Shown here piece after piece: positions 57,201 to 64,000 of a stretch of DNA of 64,000 nt (positions are counted from its first letter, which is position 1; the number at the start of each line of letters is the position of its first letter). The stretch spans positions 3,782,001 to 3,846,000 of the forward strand of contig NC_088859.1 in assembly GCF_963853765.1 (NCBI RefSeq), given 5' to 3'. The position numbers were made by a program, and so were the translations under genes. Source of the DNA: Magallana gigas (lineage: Eukaryota). The notes beneath the pieces were generated by a model. That model did no database searches. It was not told the DNA's origin and worked only from the letters and a program-made list of their open reading frames with translations.

Positions 57201-60200
57201 AACCACTACTGAACTTGTGTTTTCTGCCCTGTTTTATGAAAATTATGGGAAAATGCACTGTTTATGACCTCACAATTAACCTTTTGAAAGTCTAAATCAC
57301 TTAACTATTTATAGATTCTTAATTCATGGGTATTTTTGTGTAAATAAACGTTACATTTCAATTTTTTGTGATATTTTAAAATTCTCTCTAAAACAGGGCA
57401 AAATATGTCTGAAATTGTACCCAGTTCTTTACATTTAACAGATCCAATCATGGAAGGTTTTATTAATATTCTATGAACATTCAGTAATCTTTTGTGTTTT
57501 TGAGCTGTGATGAATGAGTTATTTCCCTATCAGAGTGCTCCTGCTATGCCCCTGGTACTGTGGCGGGACTCAACATGTGTCACGCATCGTCAGGTCAGTG
57601 TACCTGTAAACTGGACGTGGTCGGGCGGCGCTGTGACACCTGTGCCAGTGGATTCTATGGTCTGTCTGAGGCCAATCCATTTGGATGTACAGGTATGTAC
57701 TTCATAATAAAGCAGTTAGTAGTTATTGCCAGTAGACTGTGACTTATCATGGTAGCATTGGTTGAGCAGAAATAAAGGACAATCTATTTGCTATCTTTAG
57801 AGTGTGATTGTGACAGTGGTGGATCCATCAATCTAAGGTGTGAGCAGAGAACGGGACAGTGCCCCTGTAAGCCGCGAGTGGGTGGCAGGCGGTGTGATGT
57901 GTGAGTACTACTCAGGGACTCAGTAATTACAACCAGTATGTATTTGAGTGACACTGAATACAAGGTATTAACTTTGTGTTGATTGTTATTTCATATTTTC
58001 AGACCTGAGAGGAATCACTTTTACCCTACCCTGCAGCAGTTCAAGTATGAGATAGAAGATGGGCACACTCCGGAAGGATCCAGAATAAGATACGGCTTTG
58101 ATGAGACATTTTTTCCCAATTTCTCCTGGAGAGGTTATGCCATTTTGACAGCTATACAGGTACTAGCCACTAAGAGCTCATGTTATTTACATGTGGTTCA
58201 TTATCGTTCATATAAAATTAAATTTATCAACCTTGGCAACTTTTTATTCTTTAAGTTATTTTGATTTCAGCCTGAGGTTGAGATGGACATTGAGATCAAG
58301 AAGCCCAGTTTGTACCGCTTGATTTACCGTTACGTCAACGTAAATAACAACATTCTGCGAGGACAGGTGAAGCTTAAACCACACAATCCGACAGATGTCA
58401 CCCAGAGCAGTGAGGTCTTCTTTCAGGTGACCACGGAGCCAATGTTTGTAACCGTGGGCAGTGGGAGGGACTATGAATTTGTCCTGAATCCAGGTCGCTG
58501 GACTGTCTCCATCAGCTCCCCCGATATCCTACTTCTGGTGAGGATCTTTGTAAATTGTTTGGAAATTTATGCAATGATTTTGTTGATCTTACTGTAAAAG
58601 CTTTTCTCTATATTGGACCTCAATTCAGCAATAAATACATGTATTTCTTAATTCTTTTTTTTGTTGTTGAACAGGACTACATGGTACTAGTACCAGATGC
58701 TTACTATGAGGCCACAGTTTTGCAAGAGAAAGTTACTCGTCCATGTAAAATCCCTGGAGATCAAGGGCCGTAAGTAGTGTTACACCAGCTCAGATTTCCT
58801 TTGAATCGGATTTTACTACAGTTTATGAGTGGTAAATGATCAGCTGGTCCATGAATGTATTACAGGTGTGTATCGTATGGGTATCCCGACCTGGAGACAT
58901 TCCCCACTGTCATTGGAGGATCAGGATTCGTTATAGACCGTAACGGAAGCCAGATCCCGACCCAGGTGTTCCCCAATCAAATCATTCTGGATGAGCTGGG
59001 AATCCCCACTCTGGCCCAGCTGGACAATAGCCAGGTAAATATCATTTTCTCAATATGTTATTGGCAACACGTACACGTATATCTGGAGTCATATATGTAC
59101 ATTTGGGATATAGCAACCTCGGCTGAATATGGATATTGTCATGAAAACAATTGTTCATTTCCTCAATTAAACATTTGCAAAAAAAGAAGACATATACATG
59201 AAATACAAGGTTTACGGTAATTGTTACAAAGTTCATCACAATGAACAGCAACCAATGCATTCAACACAGTATAACAATGGCTGCTGCTTTTGATGACAGT
59301 TTAATTAATATGCACATATTTGTGATAAGTTTAATTGATATGTTCATCTTTGTGATATCAGCGGGAGTTGAACCTAAACCTGCGAGTTCCCCGGCCTGGA
59401 GATTACGTGCTGGTGTTCAACTATTTCGCCCTGTCCAACAGATCCCAGGAACTAGACGTCGAGGCCGATGTGGACGGACAGACGACCCTCGGCACTGTTC
59501 TCCTGTACAGCTGTAAATACAGGTAATCCAAGCGTTTACATCTCATTTGAAACCATTCAAAAAGCAAAATAATTGAAATAATGGAATTGTTCTTTAATTA
59601 TATAAATGTATGTTTATATATATTTACACTGCTGTATCTGTTTTCGTCCGATCCATTAACAGCGTGCTGTGTAGACAAGTGATGAAGAACATTGACGACA
59701 TGCCCTCCGTGATCACCATTAACGACACCATCAATATACGTGTTACAGGCGACCAGGATGTGGACGTGGCCATCGTAAGTGTTACACCTTTGTAAACAAA
59801 ACAGAAAAAGAGCATCTGTGCATCTGTTTTGTTACACTATATATTTATAATGTCTGTCTGACTGTGTTTCCCAAGTTTTTTTCCACTGTTTTATGTCTGT
59901 ATTTCCAATTAAACTGCCTGTACATTGTAAGTATAGTTGTTTTCTACAAATCGCTGCCGTATTCTTCCCCTTTATATATTTTTCTGTCTGCTTACAGGGG
60001 TCAGTGGTTGCTATCCCATATGATGAGTGGTCCCTTGGATTCATCCGACCAAGCATCATCTGTATCCGCATCAATGGAATGTAAGTATTACATGCAAATC
60101 ACTGGAAATGACATATACATGCCCTATAGAATCTAAGGAAACAAACTGTATTGGAATCTAGGGAAACAGTGTGCATTACTTGTGCTTGATCTCTCTGTGT

Positions 60201-63200
60201 TTGCTCTTGCTTTCAGATGTGTTGTGTCGGGATACACCATTCCATCCAGCGGTCTGAGAATTGACTTTGAGGATCCACCAAACTCAAACCTGATTGCCAC
60301 CGTGGTGCCAAGTCACATCACTGAGCAAGGACTTATTGAACTGAACAACATTAATGTATGTATATTATATGATTTTAAATACATCTATATAAAAGATGAT
60401 CATGATGAAAGAACATGTACACTGTAATTTAGGCAACTATCAGGTGCTGTAACTAAACTGAACTTAACATATACATTTTTGTTCATCCTCCTTTGTCATG
60501 TATTTTGTTTCATGCATTTCCTGTATTTTTTTTCCTGTATTGTACTCATTCATATGTATTTTTGACCCATTGTTTGGTAATGTATATCTGTATTTTTGTC
60601 CTAATGTCCCCAGAGAGTGGTGGAACTGACAGGAAACATCCGCACGCCCGGTCAGTATGTGGTCCTGGTCCACTTCTACATGCCCTCGACCGCCGGCGCT
60701 GACCTTCCCGTCACCTTGTTTACTGAGGGATTCCCCCCAATCACAGGTAAAAATAGCTTTTAGATTACTTATTTATGAGTTGCATTTATTGAATGAAATA
60801 CATATTTTTTTTTATAACAATGACTTGTTATTGTAGGGACCTTTAAGCCTCGTTTTTGCCCAAGTGTCTACGGCTGCCGGAGTCAGATTGTGTTTGATGG
60901 GACAGTCAGAAACGTGATTTCTCTACAGCCCGGCAACTTTACGATCAGGTTCAACAACACCATGGGACGAAACATGCTGTTGGTCAGTCTCACGAATATT
61001 TGTCACAAAAATATAATTTTTCAGGATCCCTAGCCACTTAAGAAATGATTCTTTGCCGTAAAACATTTATGAATATAAGATCATTTAGAAGTATGATTTT
61101 TGTAAAACATTGAATGATTGGGCCAAAATAAAATTGTTTCTTTGGAATTGCCTCCCGCTTCATTGAAATGCCCTGGATATTTTTATTTTTTTACCAATTA
61201 TTAATTGGTTAAACTTCCCTCCCTCCCTTCTGGGTCTATAAACCTCCAGGCGGCAATTCCAAACAAACTTTTTTTAAAGTTGACCTTACAGGCCCTTTTT
61301 ATTTATAATACATGTAGTGCATTTACTTGAATTTAGACCCTCTATTATACAAGAATATATATAATATACAAGAGTATAGACCCGTGTATCATATATGAAC
61401 TCAAGATAATTGAGGTAAATATTTGAATGTTTCTGACTTCAGGATTATCTGATGATGATACCAGTCAAGCAGTTTTCCCAGTCTGATTTGAACCCACAAC
61501 CTATTGACAACTCGGCTCACTTCTTGAAGTGGTGTGTGGGGCCAGGATTTGTTCTTGTGTGAGTACTGAGGCTATTTTCAAAGTTGTGAGACAGCCAGTG
61601 ATCATTATTATTTTACAAAGGGAAATTGAATGTTGTAGACTCAATTAATGTATATTAAAATAATTTAATTATGGTTGTAACGCGGCATTTGATTGGATAG
61701 AAAAATTTAGTTAAATTTGTATAACCTGGTTTGCACGTCACAAGACACGTCACAATGCACCGACGTACTAATTCACTTGACGTTACGTTTGAATTTTGAA
61801 CAGATTTATATCATTTTTAAAAGAAAAACGGACTCAATTTGTACAGCAAATTCCAGAAAATTAAATTATAAGGAATGAACTCAATGTCTACCCATATTAT
61901 ACTCGTATAACCTGGGTTGGAGCAATTTACGCTTTTTTATAATCCGCTTCGCGGATTATAAAGCGTAAATTGCCCCAACCCAGGTTATACGAGTATAACT
62001 TGGGTAGACATTGAGTTCATTTCTTAAGTGTTTTTATAAATCTGGTAAACTTTGTAATTGTTATACAGAAAGAAAATGTTTATTTTTAGTTATAGTATTA
62101 CTATAAAAGCACTTCGATCATACCTACATGTATGTCTTTGTACTGGTACATTTCAGGGATACTACATGTATTTAAGACATTTTTATCAGATGGAAATTGA
62201 TAACAAGTGTAAGGGTTAAATTTAAAATTTTTTGGTATAGGAATTTAATCAAGGGATATCACAAGGTTTTCATATGTAAATTGAATCATTACATGAGCTG
62301 TTGATTGAATCATTACATGGGCTGTTGATTGAATCATTACATGGGCTGTGAGAGTTTTTTGTGTTGTTTAAGGAATGACACGGAGTTCTGTCAGTCAGGC
62401 GTGTACACACTGACCACGGACTTCAACAATGGTGGCCTAGCCTGTGGCTGCGACACGGATGGCTCGCTCAGCTTTGAGTGCTCCAACTTTGGAGGGCAGT
62501 GTCAGTGTCGAGACAACGTGATTGGTCAGAAATGTACTCAGTGTCGAGAGGGATACTATGGATTCCCACGCTGTAAACGTAAGTAGCTCTGACATTTTGA
62601 TGTTAATGACATGTGTGTGTTTTATCATACATGAAATCTACATGAAGTTCTTATTTCAGCTTGCAACTGTCCCTATGGAATGTGCAGTCCCTTTTCCGGT
62701 GAATGCATGTGCCCCCCGCGGGTGACAGGAGAGCGATGTAACACCTGTGTGCCCGCTACCTATGGCTTTGATCCTCTAGTGGGCTGTACTGTAAGTCAAT
62801 CCTTCTTCTCTCATTCTATGATATCAATGTGTGGAGTGTGATGAATATCATAATGATATAAGTAACAGAATGATATGATCACATTGTCAGAGAAATTTTT
62901 GAAATAAGATAATGTTGTCTCTGTTTCTTTTGCTAGAAAGTTTAAAAAGGTGTCCTATTTTGTTTGCAGGAGAAGGAATATTTCTATTCTAACCCCAATT
63001 TGTTTCACAGAATTTTACTAGTAGAGAGACCACAGGATTTTTACCACAGACTGTTTGTTTTACAGGACTGTAAATGTAATGCTGAGAGTGTTCCTTTTTA
63101 CAGGACTGTAAATGTAATGCTGATGGTGTTCCTTTTTACAAGACTGTAAATGTAATGCTGAGAGTGTTCCTTTTTACAGGACTGTAAATGTAATGCTGAG

Positions 63201-64000
63201 GGTGTTCTGCTTTACAGGAATGTAAATGTAATGCTGAGGGTGTTCTTTTCCCTTTACAGATCTGTAAATGTAATGCTGAGGGTGTTCAGTTTTACAGGAC
63301 TGTAAATGTAATGCTGAGGGTGTTCTTTTTTTACAGGACTGTAAATGAAATGCTGAGGGTGTTCTGTTTTACAGGATTGTTAATGTTATTATGAGGGTGT
63401 TCTGTTTTACAGGACTGTAAATGTAATGCTGAGGGTGTTCTGAACCGGGACATGAACTGTGACCAGACCACTGGACAGTGCACGTAAGTTACAGCATTAT
63501 AAACAGGACAATGTCACCTCTGTAGGTATCACTGAGAGTGCTAGATAAGAGTTAGAGACCTGTTGTGTTGTAGGTGTAAGGACAATGTTGGGGGCCGTAA
63601 GTGTGACTACTGTCTGGCCGGCTTCTACTCCTTCCCGTACTGTTCTCCGTGCAGTAACTGTGACAGCCAGGGTACACAGGAAGAGATCTGTGACGCAAGC
63701 AGCGGAGCCTGTTTGTGTAAAGTAAGTCATGTATAGAATATCTGTGTGCAAACTAAGTCATGTTCATAGAAAGTGTGTGTGTGTGAATGAAGGAAAGTGT
63801 CACTTAAACAGAGGAAAAATATTTAAATCACCATTATCTAATTGGTCACTTGTGGTTTTCACCTGTTTATAGGAGAATGTAGCTGCCCCTGACTGTGATG
63901 TGTGTGAACCAGGCAGTTTTAACCTTGACCCCAGGAACCCAAAGGGCTGCACCAAATGTTTTTGTTTTGGGACCACAGCCAGGTGTGACAGTTCCACTTT
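48171..64000 (+). CDS. LAMA5: Laminin alpha chain, alpha-3/5 (LanA) type, 5' part. Exons: 48171-48551, 49595-49831, 53074-53244, 53501-53714, 53943-54061, 54170-54260, 54355-54451, 54576-54754, 54874-55017, 55306-55443, 55912-56046, 56223-56360, 56513-56689, 57534-57692, 57801-57900, 58003-58159, 58271-58537, 58675-58769, 58866-59034, 59362-59522, 59663-59774, 59998-60080, 60217-60355, 60614-60746, 60837-60982, 61443-61558, 62373-62578, 62660-62790, 63413-63483, 63574-63721, 63873->64000
   Basis: Signal peptide, then an LN domain ([85 protein letters not shown]), about 11 LE repeats, a long globular insert ([18 protein letters not shown]...), then more LE repeats. This is the alpha-3B/alpha-5 architecture. 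All 31 exons are phase-consistent. The symbol denotes the invertebrate alpha-3/5 pro-orthologue. Confidence 0.95.
51239..51290. repeat. (AG)26 microsatellite in laminin intron 2
   Basis: Seen directly in the sequence. Confidence 0.95.
56764..57149. mobile_element. Possible decayed TTAA-type non-autonomous element in a laminin intron
   Basis: Weak terminal inverted similarity, CTAAGGAGGCTGGGT versus TTAAGAGAGCTTGAT (reverse complement of the right end). The interior is non-coding. Confidence 0.3.
61869..62026. repeat. 158-bp near-perfect palindrome with GCGAAGC apex on the minus strand
   Basis: taaggaatgaactcaatgtctaccca..ttatactcgtataacctgggttgg..aatccgc-TTC-gcggatt..ccaacccaggttatacgagtataa..tgggtagacattgagttcatttctta. 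Confidence 0.9.
62281..62350. repeat. 24-nt tandem repeat, 3 copies
   Basis: Unit TTGAATCATTACATGRGCTGTTGA, ending about 22 nt before the exon at 62373. Confidence 0.9.
63055..63412 (+). repeat. 38-nt tandem array of the laminin exon-29 acceptor plus exon start (10 junction copies including the real one)
   Basis: Unit TTTTACAG/GACTGTAAATGTAATGCTGAGGGTGTTC. Acceptor-position G falls at 63065, 63103, (63141 mutated to A), 63179, 63217, 63259, 63297, 63336, 63374 and 63412. Confidence 0.95.

Overview
AT-rich, intron-rich animal genomic DNA. The gene style, expanded-type NHL gene and repeat landscape point to a bivalve mollusc, probably an oyster (inference). No prokaryotic features, rRNA, tRNA or CRISPR are supported. 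I assembled exon structures by hand from splice signals and reading-frame phase for seven protein-coding genes: STK11/LKB1 (minus, runs off the left edge), a single-coding-exon 444-aa disordered orphan (minus), an 11-exon 364-aa coiled-coil orphan (plus), a TMEM8/PGAP6-family gene (minus) head-to-head with an SLC44A1/CTL1-like choline transporter (plus), a single-coding-exon Zn-finger+NHL protein (minus), and the 5' part of a laminin alpha-3/5-type chain (plus, runs off the right edge). Non-coding DNA carries many small non-autonomous DNA elements. The most unusual signals are: (1) intronic tandem arrays that are amplified copies of a 3' splice site plus exon start, in three different genes, including a 50-nt dimer repeat that alternates acceptor and donor consensus around in-frame 21-nt potential microexons; (2) three ~150-bp long palindromes, one with three ordered CGAG/CGAG tandem G.A mismatches; (3) a GT-AG U12-type intron at the position of the human STK11 AT-AC intron; (4) strong over-representation of TACATGTA.
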